A stretch of DNA of 63,989 nucleotides, the filler included, from Phoronis australis (taxonomy: Eukaryota > Animalia > Phoronida): assembly GCA_002633005.1 (NCBI GenBank). It is 5 parts of 5 records of this genome, joined end to end, with 100 filler letters (N's around TTAATTAATTAA, not from the genome) between each part and the next. Parts side by side here need not be neighbours in the genome. Positions count along the whole stretch, not along the records: positions 31,940 to 56,258 come from NMRA01000424.1; positions 56,359 to 63,989 come from NMRA01001995.1; 3 more parts are not named here. One strand, given 5' to 3'. Position 1 is the stretch's first letter, and each line of letters begins with the position of its first letter. Under the pieces are notes generated by a model that made no database searches, was not told the origin of the DNA, and saw only the letters and a list, made by a program, of their open reading frames with translations. Positions 49,743-63,405 of this stretch are shown here, piece by piece. Both the position numbers and the translations under genes were made by a program.

Positions 49743-51909
49743 CTGCAAACAAAAGCTTAATGGTGACGAAATAACCAAACCGTTTTCCCTGAGAGATGAC
49801 TCAAGCTTGAGTGCATTGTGCTATGTATTTTCGTGTCTGAATTGTTTTTTTCTGCTTCATTAAGAAAACAACGAAGTTATTAGATTTATCTGGATTAATA
49901 ATAGTGCCCATCCCAGTCTACGTATAAGTACCTTGCACGGATTACGCGTAATCTATACACCAACCCCTATTCACTATGAGGAGGCAGTTCGCCATAATGT
50001 CCTTCCTCTACTCAAGGTTGCGTTTTCGAGTCACACGGGGCACACTGCTGGTCGCTTGAGTCAAGTCCCTAGATCCTCAGCTCTGTTTCAACTAATAAAG
50101 CATAAAGATGGTCCAAGGTGATCAGTGCGATGGGCCTTACTGAGCAGCATGCATAGGTCTGGTACAACACTATTTTAAATTAATTATTGAAATAATGAAA
50201 GGATATGTCTTATTATTTAGCTATTCCTTAATCTTCATATAATGAAATCACAGAAATGATAATTCTGCATTTCCCATAATTTTAACATTTCGTCGCGCAA
50301 AAGAGATGCAATTTGCCTGTTTCAGTTCAACGTGACCTTTGACCTCTCATTTGACCTTGACTTTGACCTTGCATCCATTAAGTAATACCAGAAATGGACT
50401 CTCCATCCCAAAAAAACATTGGAAACCATGAATTGCTGGATCCTACACGGTATCATGTTCAGAATGTGGAATTTAGGTGAAATTCAAGATTGCGAAAGCC
50501 GCCATCTTAAATTAAAAAAAATGCTCAAAATTGCACAAAGTGCAACCAAGTTAACTTTATTCTTCTAACCATATATAATAATTTCCAAAAGAAAGCTTTA
50601 CAGTAAACAACTTTGCAGGGTCAACTGTTTGGCAACTAGACGAACTATCCAATTGCCGTTATTGAGTGTTGCTCGCCAATATTTCAACTAAACAGTTTCT
50701 TTTTCACATCATCTATTGTTAATGCTGTATAAAACATTACGATGTTGACCATTTGGCATAATTTGGAACATAAAATCTCAGATTTGTTGATCGGAATCAA
50801 ACCGAGACTTTAAAGATTGTGCCATGTTAGTTACTATTGCTCGTTTAGCAGACTCTATGCAGTTTCCAGTTCTTGTGCCAAAACTTTGAAGGTTACTGAA
50901 CACTAACTTGTTTCAGAGAACCTGAACGGAAATTCGTTTTCATTATCTGTTACTAGGCCAAATCCAGTTTCGGTGTCCTTCTAAGAATAGGCCTACACCA
51001 TAACCCCAAGCACTATTGCAATTTGCTCCTCAGTTACTACGCATTAAACTGACCTACATACTTGTACTTCAGTAAGAAAACACTGACCATTAAACAATCC
51101 GGTGACGTACTCTGTAACATATAGGCATTGCGCCAAAACCATCATCACTGGACACATGTCAAAACTTGAATGGGAAGTTTTGAAAGAAGCTCAACAACCC
51201 GAGAAATTATAATTACATGTACGACGAGCCCCACAGTCGAAAAGCGTTTTGACACGTGATGTATTGTAAGGACAACCGTGCTGTCACCTGTTGATAAGAT
51301 GTCATATCTCATTCCAAAGGATATATTCGATATCTAGAGCACTGGATTTTTTTAGTTAAAGAAATGATCGACAACAGAAAATTAATTTTTTTAATTTTTA
51401 AGAAGGTCTTCTAGTTGAGCAATATTTTTTCTGAGAATATGGTTGTGTAGGAGTACTGATCTGCATTTACTATCCTTGGTCGTGTATGTGCTTCAATTCT
51501 TGCCAGTGATGTTTATTATTATGTTTACTGTTTATCCAAGCTTCTTATAAGTCCACCTGCATTTACAAAAGGCGGTGAATGTTCGGACTGGGGTGGTTGA
51601 AAGACCAAATGATAATATGGTGGAATGAGTAAGGTATTCTTGTTGAAGCTGCTCTTATGTAATAGTTTAGACATTTCCTCGTCTGCGGTTGCCGGAGCCA
51701 CCGGCGTTTTATGTACGCATTAGAGGAATTATTAGTAAACGTTATCTGCTTAAATGAAAACCTGTTGTCAACCTTAGGTCGGGGGACTTTCTTGTGAGAT
51801 AACATTTAGTTAAAGGGTGTGTTAATTTGGGATTTTCAAATAAACGTCCTTCTACATATACATGCATGCATAGTCAGAAAATCTGTTGAAGATCTTCGCA
51901 TTGCCGACT

Positions 51910-54900
51910 ACACTTGAGAGATACCAACATGTGCCTAATTTCAAAACGAGGTCAAAACAGCAGAGAGCTCTACTGCCGTGCAATACTAGAGGGCGAAATT
52001 TTAAGTGAATTAAAGACTTTTGAGAAAAATCATATGCTTCCAGAGACAACGCGTATAGATTTAAACAAATCAGGTCTATTGTGGAAATTCAAAATATCAA
52101 CACAATTCGCAAATGTGATCGAGCAAGTTTAGACGATGACATTGATCAGCAAAAATAGAAGTTGGCGGTTTTACTGTTGAATTCTACAAATAGTTTTGGA
52201 AAAAATTATCAAATTCGTTATTTAGGTCAATTAAGTATAGTTTTGAAGTGAATTCTTTCCCAGCTTCACAACTGCAGAGGGCAATTAAAGTTTTGCCAAA
52301 AATGGTAAGCCTAAAGAATTAAAAAATGGCCTCCTACTCCTTTGTTAAATATAAAATAAAAAACGTTTTCCATCGTGTTTAGCACAGGGACTGAAAAGGG
52401 TTCTTGAAAAAATGTATCACCCAGATCAGACGTGCTTTTTTATCTGGGCCAATAATTGTTGAAAAACACCAGAATTCCTTTTGACAGTTTGCATTATACG
52501 GGATTGGTCTTGTGACAATAGTGAATTTTGAAAGAAACATTTGATTCATTGTCCTAGAGTGGGTTGTTTAATGTTCTTAAAGCCTAACTTCAAAGGAATT
52601 TTGTTACTTTAGATCAGATAGGCTAACCAAAAATTACTAGCAAACAGTTGGTAAAATAAGAAAATGCGACTTCAATCACGCAAGTGTAAGTCCGTCAAAT
52701 GATAAGTGAAGTTGCCTATACCTGCCCTATTGCGTCACCGTGAGATTCAAGCACAAATAACAAAAAGGTTGTATTGAATAGGGATCTAAACTGAACAGAA
52801 CACCATTGCGTGCGGATGTTATTCGCAGCTGTTTGAATTAAAAGTGATACTCGCGGTGACGTAGACAAAAGCAGACTAACTTTTCGTTACATTTGGCAAT
52901 TTATGGCACTAGTGGGCTAAAAGCGATGCTCTTAACATACTTTAGGAGCCAAATTTACAGGCGTTATCGTTGAAGATAGGCTTTAAAATGTTTTTTAAAA
53001 TGTTTGAATGGACAAAAATATTAACTGAAAACTCACAGCTTTGCGTTATAAAAATGGCATTGCCTGTGACTTTCCTCAAGTTGAACGAGGTTGAAATCAA
53101 CGGGACCCAATGTCGCCTTACTTGTTCGTGCTTTACACTGAAATCTTAAGCTGTATCTTTAGAGATGATAATGAAGTAAACAGAATTAATTGTGGAGCTA
53201 TAGAGGTAAAAATTGCACAGTATGCCGATGATGAAAATATTGTAACAAATGGTTCCGAAAAACCTCTCAAAACGGCTGAGGATCAATTTGCTTAATATTC
53301 AGGTCTTAAACCTAATATTGAAAACAACGAGTGTATATGAATTGGAAACAGGAATTACGATACTTCGATACCTGATTTTGCATAAACTATTAAATGGTCA
53401 AAAACAGAATTTTTTAACTTCGGGGATTAAATTTAGTGTAACTATAGACGACATGATCGGTTTTAAATTTAGTGCAAAACTCATTAATATTCAGAATACC
53501 TTACGCTCTTGGTCCTGAAAAACCTCTGGGCTTTGGGAAAATTTCCGTTTTAAAATTGTTAGTACTGGCAAAGTTTACGCATGTTTTCTTAAGTTCCCTA
53601 ACACCAATTGACGCTTTCAAAAAACTGAAGAAAATGTTTTTTTCGGTGTACTTGGAGTAAGAAACAAGATAAATTTCTCGTAAGACAATGGTTCAGGATT
53701 ATACGAATCATGGTCTCAACGTGGTTCATTTATTTTCCTTTTCTTAAATCTCTTAAAGCAACGTGGTTAAAACACATGTATATTATAAATTGACAAAATA
53801 GTTCAGCCTGGATAAATAACTTTCGGAATTCAAGTCAATTTGACATTGAAAGGATGTTCAATGTAGGAAAAAATAGTTTAATGCTACCCCAATCCACACG
53901 TAATCTTTTGGAAGGATGTGTTTGTTTCAATATTTGAGTTTGATTTTTATATTAAACGCATTCAACGAAGAGGAAAAGATAACATCCCTTCCTTTATGGT
54001 ATAACACAAAAGTTCGAATTGGAGGAAACCCAATATTTGTCCCTACTTAGAATAAAAAGTGTGTGAGATTCTTAGGTAATTCTATTGACAAAAACGAAAA
54101 TGTCTTGTCATACACAGTTTTTCAGACAAATTTGGTCTTACACCTTTCTTGTGCAGACAGACAAATTGCTTAAATTTCTTTTAAAAAAGTATATCGTTTA
54201 CTTATGCAAAAGAGTCTCATCCAGTTATCACACAACTCTGGCAACTTTTTGGTAGGTAATCGTGGTTTATATAGTTTAACAACTTTGTTTCAAAAACCAA
54301 AATGATAAGAAAAATGAGAACACATTTTTTGTTTCGCAAGATCATTGACCGAATGAAAGTTATGTTTTGAAACGTCTGTTTTTTATTCTCCCAGTGTTAG
54401 ACTCAGGGGGTTTCAAATGATAATTGTACACACCAATTTAGCAACAAAAAACTTTTTAATGCAAATTGGTATTTTTTTTCAACTGACCGATGTACCTTTT
54501 GTGGCAATGGACCTGACAGTTTATAACATTTATATTGAGGTTGCACTTTTGCTAAGGCTTTTCAAAAATATTTGTTGGATATTATATTTACGCAAAAAAC
54601 GTCGATATATTTATAGATTTTCAGATTGTTATATTTGATAAACTGGAAATAAGAATGGACTGTGGAATATTATCGTTACTTTTGCAAATAAGCATACGTG
54701 TACATACTGTAGAAGGCTGAAAGTAGAAACTAACTTTTAGCACTTTTCAAAAAAGAATTAGAAATATATTTGGAATTCGAAAAAATAATTATTGGAAACA
54801 TGGATTAGATTTATTTCTCCAAAAATGTCTGCTTTACTCTTTAAAAAAGAAATAAAGAAGAGAAAAGTATATTTGGTGTTGCTGTTTTGTGAAATTAAGA

Positions 54901-54995
54901 TTTCGGTGAAATGCGTGAGTTTGCGTTTGCGTTTGTGTGGCATGTCAGTGGGGATTTCTGTCTTTGTACTGCGTTATCATTATTGCAATAAATGT
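51910..54995 (+). mobile_element. Heavily decayed L1/Tx1-type ORF2 relic
   Basis: GFTVEFYK at about 52165, (Q)RDPMSPYLFVLYTEILS and IAQYADD at 53100-53230, GKISVLK..LAKFTH, and 3' AATAAA at about 54987. Many stops and frameshifts. Confidence 0.8.
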
Positions 54996-55388
54996 TTAAA
55001 ACAATATTGGACGACCCTATTGACTCACTGAATTATGGAGTCAGCCGATTATTCTTTAAATGACTTAGCTACGATACTTCATGCGCCCTGTGATCTGCAT
55101 TGTGAATTCACTTTGTTTCATTTTGTGTACGCCATGCCATCCCTGTAATCAGGCGTTTGTAATTTGCAATACCAGCATCATGCCTAAAAACCTTTGTAAA
55201 TTACCAGTTTGTTTATATTCTGTACAAGGAAGACGTAGACTGATACGGCAGATGTGTTTATTTTCTCAAACTGAGATACGTGTAGATACAGGCTAATAAG
55301 AATTGCGTCGGGCTTCCGGTTCCGGTCTCGGCCAATGAAGGCGTTCTAATTGGTCTTCTTGGGAATTTTGCCAATATTTTTGATAACT

Positions 55389-56258
55389 ATGCCGGGTAGA
55401 AATCAACGAAAAGCACTTCGCTCTCAAAGCGCAATACAAGAAGAAACGAATCCGGACGAAAGCGCTTCTACTAGCACAAGCTCTGGAAATGTTGCTATCG
55501 CCAGTGACTGTGAGGCCGACATGACAGTTTCCAGGCCGGTAGAACTCAGCTCAGACTCTGACGGAACGGTAACCTTGTCCGAATTGAAGTTCCTAATCAT
55601 TGAGTCAACTACTCGCTTGGAAACAGTCTTCTCTGATAGATTTTCTAAGGTTGAGGACAGAATGTTGGATTTAGAAACAACACAAGAATTTATTTCTAAC
55701 AGACTAGACGCAGTGGAAAATAAAATTCAAGAGGCAAACCTCCGTAGGCTTGACCAGGTTGACATTCTGCAAAAGCGTTTAGCTCATGATGAATGGAGGT
55801 CTAGAAGATATAATCTCCTGTTCTACGGTATAAATGAACCCATTCGTGACACAACCGGTAAAAATGTTGAAAATGTTGAACAGGTAGTCAAAGGCTTCAT
55901 AGAAAAAAAACTTCTACTTCAGCACAGTTATGTTAACTCGCTCATGTTTTCTAACTGCCACAGATTGCCGAAACCTCAGCAGTCCAGAAAGCCCGATGCT
56001 CCTAGAGCAATTGTTGTTAAATTTGTGATGATGACTGACCGAAACAACATTCTAGCTGCTGGGTCAAAGTTGAGAGAGAAGGGTCTTGCTGTCCGTACCG
56101 ACCTGCCGCCATTGTTAAAGCAGAAGAGAGGAGAGCTGGCACACATTGCCTATGATTTGAGAAAGCAGCAGAAGATGTTCACTCGCATCAAGGAAGCTCC
56201 TGATATGATTTGGTTGGAGGTACGGAAAAGCAAGGAAGAACCATGGAGAAAATTTACA
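55389..56258 (+). CDS. LINE ORF1-like protein (L1 ORF1/Transposase_22-type coiled coil plus RRM-like domain), cut off by the spacer
   Basis: Uninterrupted frame of about 290 codons from ATG 55389. Coiled coil followed by RSRRYNLLFYGINE, CHRLPK, PRAIVVKF and VRTDLP...KRGEL. Confidence 0.8.
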
Positions 56259-56358
56259 NNNNNNNNNNNNNNNNNNNNNNNNNNNNNNNNNNNNNNNNNN
56301 NNTTAATTAATTAANNNNNNNNNNNNNNNNNNNNNNNNNNNNNNNNNNNNNNNNNNNN
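56259..56358. other. Artificial 100-bp spacer with six-frame stop linker
   Basis: N run, TTAATTAATTAA, N run. Confidence 0.95.
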
Positions 56359-56439
56359 CATCAATAAGATGTAACATATATTTCATAGATAAGAGCAAAG
56401 CAAAGCATTGAAATGCGCCCACGACTGCACTGCAAACGG

Positions 56440-57230
56440 GATGCTTTTTAGAGCTTTCATTGGTACTATAAAAACAACCACTAGAGTGCCACAGCAGTCG
56501 CACCGGTCCTAAAAACAACATCAGTTGTGCTGCTGTCAGTGGGAAATGTCTACAATTTTCTTAATAATCGCTTGGCAGATAGTGAAGCTGACAATCAAAA
56601 ACAGACTTGTAACTAATAAAAATGTCAGCTAGGTGGCACAAAATACATCAAATCTGCTCGAAAATAGAAAGGTGTTGCCAACTCTAAATAGAAGCCCATT
56701 TGCCACTACGGGGCGCCACAGTAGTCAGACCCATCCGAAAGTCAATGCCTCAAAAGGAACACATCTGCCAATTTCTGTATAATGATCCTTGGACAATAGA
56801 GAAGTGGATGCCAAAAAACAGATTCATAATGAAAATGGTCACAAGGTGGCACAGATATGAAGAATCCATCCAAAGACGGGAATATATAGACATTTCCTTA
56901 TCAGATACCAATTTGTGTATTTTCATGAAAATCTGTCCAGTCTCTAAGATACAGGTGCAAATACAAAAAAAATAAATTGCCACTAGGGGGTACAACAGTA
57001 GTTGGATCCAGCTGAAATTCATCAAAATTTGTAGTCACATCCATTTCAAAAGATCCTGCAAAGGATCAGGGAGATACAGACACAGGTGCAAGAAAACAAA
57101 ATTGCCACTAGAGGGCGTCATAGCAGTCACGATCCCCAAAAAACAAACGTCAGCCGTGGCATTTGCAGCAGGAGCACGTCTGCTAATTTTCATAGTTATC
57201 GCTCAAGCAGTTTGGCAGCTAGCTGATTGG
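56440..57230 (+). repeat. Decayed tandem array (~125-150 bp units), probably the interior of a Helentron-like element
   Basis: Recurring (aattg)ccactagrgggcgy-ayagyagt unit at 56478, 56626, 56703, 56839, 56980 and 57105. Confidence 0.55.
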
Positions 57231-57459
57231 CACTGTGTTGTTTTTGGCGGGTTTAAGTGTCTTCAAAACATTTCGGGAAATTTTTGCAAACGCATTCCAG
57301 TGGTACATTGGTAAAATTGATTTGACATAAGTTACACGGAAGGTGTTGCCTTTCCTGAAAAAACAGAAAAAATTCCGTGTGGAATTCTCACATTTTTAAA
57401 CTATATCGACTGTACAAAAATTAAAATCATTTGGAGTACTGGAAACTGAGGTAAAACGT

Positions 57460-58960
57460 ACCTGTTTAAGAGAGGGGACTCTAAAGAGTTCATCAACTGT
57501 TTGACAGCATTGTCAAAGTCACCTTCCAGAAGAATGGGTAGAATATCTGAAAATCAAAGCATTTTATCAATTATAAATACCATCTGATGCTTAAGAATAT
57601 AATAACTACCCATATATCTTATAAACATTAGTTTTTAAAACTGAAAATGAAATCAGAGTTTTCCTTAAATAACATTCCCTGGTATGTAGTCATGTAGCAT
57701 AACACTATTCAAAGGTAAACACACAACACATCAATACCAATCATCACATATGACAAGTTCATTCTTAGTCGTTCATAAGCTCAAACCTTAATTACATAAG
57801 AGATTACTAGAGACGACCTGCATTTTAATAATGTATATCTCCAGGTGGCAGACATGCTTTGCCACGGAGCTTGGCCATATATAATTTACAGATATTCTTC
57901 ACTTATTTCAATAAAAAATCAGGCAAGGTCATTAAAATAAAATTAAATGTTCCCCAGATGTTTTTTTTAATTATACCAAAGGAAGGACCAGTATGATAAA
58001 TATATTTACCTTCTGCAAGGCTTTAAATAGTAACATGTTAACAAAGTTTATAGGTGGTTAGTCTGAGTCCTTCCACTTCTTACACTTAATGGAATCAGAA
58101 ATTTCACCAAGTATGGTGTTGACTTTCTTAAGATTAATATTGATAATCACTTTTGGAAAGATTTTTTGAAAGTGTAATCTTCAGAGCTCCCGTAAAAATT
58201 TGAGAATCAAATTCATATTGATTTTCTTAACCAAACATTATGAATGAGCAGTGACCTGGAGGCCAAGGGAAACTGCAGTTTTTACAGGAACTGGTTTCAC
58301 GGAGGCATATTTATTATTAAGGACCTGTTTTCTCCAGAGGGCAATATTTTGAGTTACTGATTTGCCAGAGATGTGTTTTAGGTATCAATATTAACTTTGT
58401 GAAATATAATAGTCTTGTTTCAGTAGTTGTTAAGTACAAACATAAATGAGGTATTGATGAAAATTTTTACTTCTTTTCTAAAACTAATTCAAGTTATAAA
58501 CAACGACTCTTGCTCCTCTTGTGGACAGTCTGAACACTTTGAAGCACTTGTTTGGGACTGTCAAACAGTGAACTTATTTTTTGGACAAGTGTTAACAATG
58601 AAATTTGTAACGAATGAATTCTTCATGTGTAGCCACTCCCCTGCAATAATGTTATCTTGTTTTTGATGAACAAGGAAATCTTAAAAACATCATTTTACTA
58701 TTGGGTAAACAGTTTCTTTATTGTAAGAAGTTTGTACGGAAAAAGTTATTGCCCTTCAGTGCTTTTATAAAGTCCAACAAACAATACTATTTGAGTGAAA
58801 AGTATAGTGCTTACAAAAATTAGATGTTTTAGTAGCAATGGTGTAACTTTGAAACTATTTTTCTACGTAGCCTGCAGAATTAGGTGTGCATGTGTGTACC
58901 GTACGTGTGCGTTTGCGCGACTGTGTCTTTTTGTATATGTGGCTTTTTTCAATAAAGGTG
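57460..58960 (+). mobile_element. Decayed 3' portion of an L1/Tx1 ORF2
   Basis: CCHC-like remnant NDSCSSCGQSEHFEALVWDCQTV, then IILLGKQFLYCKK, a GT-rich 3' UTR and AATAAA at about 58951. Confidence 0.6.
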
Positions 58961-60522
58961 CAAAGGAAAAAATTCTTTACTTATTTCCAACAAAAGTCGT
59001 TGCAAAAATTGCAGTTTTTGTATTCTTCAAAGGACAATAGCTTAACAGAAAATAATGGAAACTGCGCCAAATATTGATTTATGACATCTGTACATAATAA
59101 ACTAACGATAGACTAAAATTTTGTAAATGTTTATTTTTTGAAAAAAAAAAGAATTGTCACACTTTTGAAGCGCGAGTCATAAAACAACTGCCATCTGTCG
59201 GATTATTTCGTGGGTAGTTTGACTATAATCAAGTAAACACAAGGCGAGGATGAGAACAGTGATCGTTTATTCGACTTCCAGCGATAAGAAACCGGAATGC
59301 CGGGAGCGTCACCTAGTGGTGAACATAGATAATACAACACCATCGAGAGGTTTTGCAAGAACACAGTATAGTTACTTTTTTAACTGCCTTACCAGGGAAG
59401 AAGTCTTTCAGACACCTGAGTGCCTGCTGCTTAGTCATCTCCAACTGTTCTGTACTCTTGACTGTGTCATCACTAGTCATGAGGACACCTTTTGGCCAGA
59501 TAACTAACCACAACTGGGACAAGTAGTAGGCAAATCGGTCACGACTTGTCAGCTCGTCAATTTCTTTATGAAGCCAGCTGGAAAAGGGATAAGACCAGTT
59601 GGACTAGCAAAATGGTCATACATTATAAAGCAGAGATCAGCGATGTTCTTGGTTATCAGATCTTTTTTTTCTCGCAGGTTTGAAGATGGCAATTCAAAAT
59701 GAAGTAATAGATATAGATATTCTTTCCACTGTATTTATTCATACAAAGATTCACATTAAAAGACATTGTTAATATAGAAACAACAAAAATCACACCGTGT
59801 ATTTTTTACATATATAACTAAATAGTACATGATTTGGACAGATTGTGATTCACAGGGTATAAATTCATATTTCAGAATCAATAATTCTCCATTTTGACAG
59901 CTCACATCTTCACATTGACCGCTGCTACAGTAACATGATTTTAATTCTTTTTAAAAACTGTGAAGTGATGGAAAATAATATCATTGTGATTTATCTTGGG
60001 ATCATCTTGTTCATTAACCATTCATTACCACTGAGCCACCAACACGTCATCAAATATTTTAAGCCTTTTTTACGTCATCCATATTTTGACGTCACTTTTG
60101 ATTTTACATGACCGAAAAATGTAAACCAACAAGAGAATGCAATCCTGCCTCAAGGCATCATAGTTCCTTTCATCACACCATTACACAAAGTCAAAAATGT
60201 TCAGAAATTCAATACAGGTCACTTGCGCGGACTTTAGCCCATGCACGCAGAGTGTGATGACACACATTTTGTGATTGTACTGATAAAACGATGTGACGTT
60301 TATTGGTTGTTTTGCAATAAAACCATCGTTGTGTGACCACAAAACATATCCTTCCCAAAATATAATTGAATGTTTCTTTATTTTTTTCAAGCATCAAATG
60401 AAATCTTTCCACATTTTCAGTATAAAACTGGTAACTGTCTTACCAAACATGTAATTGACATATGATCAAGAGCCTAACAGCCTCCTTTCATGAATTACTT
60501 AACACATGTAATCAAGTAATAA

Positions 60523-60667
60523 AAATTATTGACTTTCACCGGGGTCAATATGTAGGTTTTCATATCCCAAAAATGTGATAATGACCAAAGCAGAGCCAAG
60601 CTCACTATCACATTTTTAGTGACTGTATGAAAACTAATATACTGACCTCAGTGAAAGACAATAATTG
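60523..60667. repeat. ~145-bp imperfect palindrome (foldback MITE-like)
   Basis: aattattgactttcaccggggtca...aaaaatgtgata pairs with tatcacattttt...tgacctcagtgaaagacaataatt. Confidence 0.7.
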
Positions 60668-61484
60668 CAATGCTACTGATTTTTCTTACAAAAAGTGAAG
60701 TTCAACTAAGATTGCCATCTTCTTGGTGAACCATCAGAAACATAAAAAATTCAATATCAAATATTGGAGAGTGTAAAAAACAATCACATCATTATGTACT
60801 ATATTTTACTCAGCATCTACAAAATCATGAAACATTTGTTTCCTAAAGTATTGAATTTTTTGAGGCCAAAAATGCGTAGTTGTTTCTGGTCTGTCCCCAA
60901 CTCATTTTTATACCTAATGAATGAATTTCAGCAAGGGTCAGCTATTCAGCAAATGTTCAAAGAAATGACATTACAATAATAACAACATTAATAATTATCA
61001 ATAACTCAAGGTAACCTCAGTATTACAAATGAACCATCCATGTGGACCTACCATTCTAAAGCTTTACCACCAGCGATTTGAAAAACTTTCAAGATCTGAT
61101 CCGTAATTAGGGGACTGGAGCCATTGGCTGCTTGAGCTGCTAATTCCAATATGGCCGACGTCAAGGGAATATCATTATCAGGACAGAAGCGTGCACGACA
61201 ATCTGCAACACAAAGTGGTATACATACAAAATTAACAAGGGCAATGTGGAGAATTGAAATATGCCCACGACTGCTCCGCAAACAATAAGTTTCAAGGGCT
61301 GTATGTATCACAAAAATGGTCATTAGATAGCACAGAATATGCCAAACACATCCGAAAACAGTAAGGTGTCGTTGTCTTCCAGCTAGATTTCATAACAAGC
61401 GCAACACGGAGCGTTCACATGCACCCACAGTATGCATCGCATATAGCGCAGATACAAGGAATAACTACTATTTTAAAGCATTCC

Positions 61485-61735
61485 TACTAAATGGAGCAAT
61501 GCCCCTAGGGGGTATTAAAGGTAAAAAACTAAAACTGCAACTGCGAGCACATTAGTAATCGGATATGTCCGAAAATTCGCTCATGATGTCCCATCCATGA
61601 AAGAAACATATCTGCAAAACTCTCATGAAAATAAAACGAAGGGACTTGGAAATGTAGCAGTGGATGCCCCATGCCAGATGGACGGACAGATGACGTACGG
61701 ACGGACAGGGATGACTGGACATAATATGCCTAAGT
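61485..61735. mobile_element. Helentron/DINE-1-like short element
   Basis: A terminal GC hairpin (atgcccctagggggtat) at one end and a GGAC/GGAT microsatellite near the other. Confidence 0.45.
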
Positions 61736-63308
61736 ATAAATATTGTGAGCTAGCTCATTCAGCCATCTACCTTGTCTCACACAAGACCGCTGCTCATTGA
61801 CTCAATATTTTTCCAACTTTCTATCCCGAGGGTTAGTGTATTTCCTTACTACACGCTTTCGTTAAGACCCTTCAGACACTTTCTTGTTACTTTTTTGTTG
61901 TTTCACCAATTACGATTGGCACTTCTATGTAAACACCTTAGGTGTTTTTTCATATGCTAATCTTGCACAGTCTTGTCTTCATTATTTTTTCTACATACAT
62001 CAAAATAGATGACATTATTCAACAGCCCTTATCTTGATTTACTCTGCAACATTGCTCGTTGCATACCCCAGGCAAAACAGATTACAATAAAAATAAATAT
62101 TTGAGTGCATAAAAAGGCACAGAGATATTTACATCACTCTCAACATTTATTGAGCGTGTCTTTCAGCTAAACTGCCTTCCTCAGTGAGCTAATGTATATC
62201 TTATGGTCAGTGACCATTTTCACTTAATTTTAACCACAAAATTCATTAACGAAAAGCCCATGATAAATAAATGCATTTAGTAAAATGCACAATATAATAT
62301 ACACAACATGAATTGTAATATTTCAAAGGCAGTCCTTCAGAAGTCACATAAAACTGTGCTCACTCATTGATTTTTTCAAGCTGTATCATTAAAGACTCAC
62401 AGATAATAACTATTGTTTGTCCACTATTTAACAGCAAAGACTAGATGATGTACAATGATAGCAAACCTGTACTTTTAGTAGAACGAGGTTCCAAAGTGTT
62501 CTCTGAAATGTTTAAGTTTGGATTGTCACTTCCATCCGCCTCCTGTCGAAGTCCTATGTCATTACATTTCACAGATGTCCCTGAAGAGGGGGTTAATGAC
62601 TGCTCTTCAGCCATGGAGGGCTGAAAGTGGGGACAATCAGATTAACAGAATTAACACCAGTTCTCAATGTAAGATCCCCCATCACCGCACATCCCTTGTT
62701 CCATAAAGAATGAATTCACTGCACTTCTCAGCAAACGCCCTTTATTACAATGAATAACCTATTAACATAAACCAATACTGTACATATACCCCAAGACTTT
62801 GTGGGATAAAATCCCCATTGGGGCTAAAGACAGAATTATTGAGCTATTCCGACACCAGATGTCATGTATTACCACAACACATTTTATTATAAGTAGTTTT
62901 ACAATTAGTACCACTATGGCTGTTACCATGAATGTGACAATAGTCCATAATGGTTTGTACTTTGTTCTGGTCCAGTTAATTGTTACCTGGGTGAGAAAGC
63001 TAAAGCGCATATTGAGAGCGTCCTTGTCGTCAGTTTCCTCACGGGCATGTACTGCTTCTTGTTGTTGCTTCCTCTTGGTCCCTTGCGCATCATCCACGGC
63101 AGGAATTGTGGGTAACGCCGTCACCAGTCGGTCTTTGACAACAGACATCTTCCTGGCAACAAACTGAAAGACAAGTTTCTCGTTAGATTTCATTAAACGA
63201 TCAATTGTGTTCATGCTGTTTTAATTCAACAGAGTAATGAAATGGTTTCACACCATGATGATGAGCAAGTGGACTTATTTCTAACACAAAACCAACAACT
63301 ACATTCAA

Positions 63309-63340
<32 letters not shown>

Positions 63341-63405
63341 TGATGATGATGATGATAACAATAATAATAATAATGATAATAATAATAATAATAATAACAA
63401 CAACA
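63309..63405. repeat. Compound (AAT)n(GAT)n(AAC)n microsatellite
   Basis: Direct reading of the sequence. Confidence 0.9.

Noticed and set aside
59155-59550. Possible solo LTR (TG...CA)
   Set aside because: No matching target-site duplication and no second copy in the window.
62762-63214. 150-aa minus-strand ORF as a protein-coding gene
   Set aside because: No family motif recognised; left unassigned.
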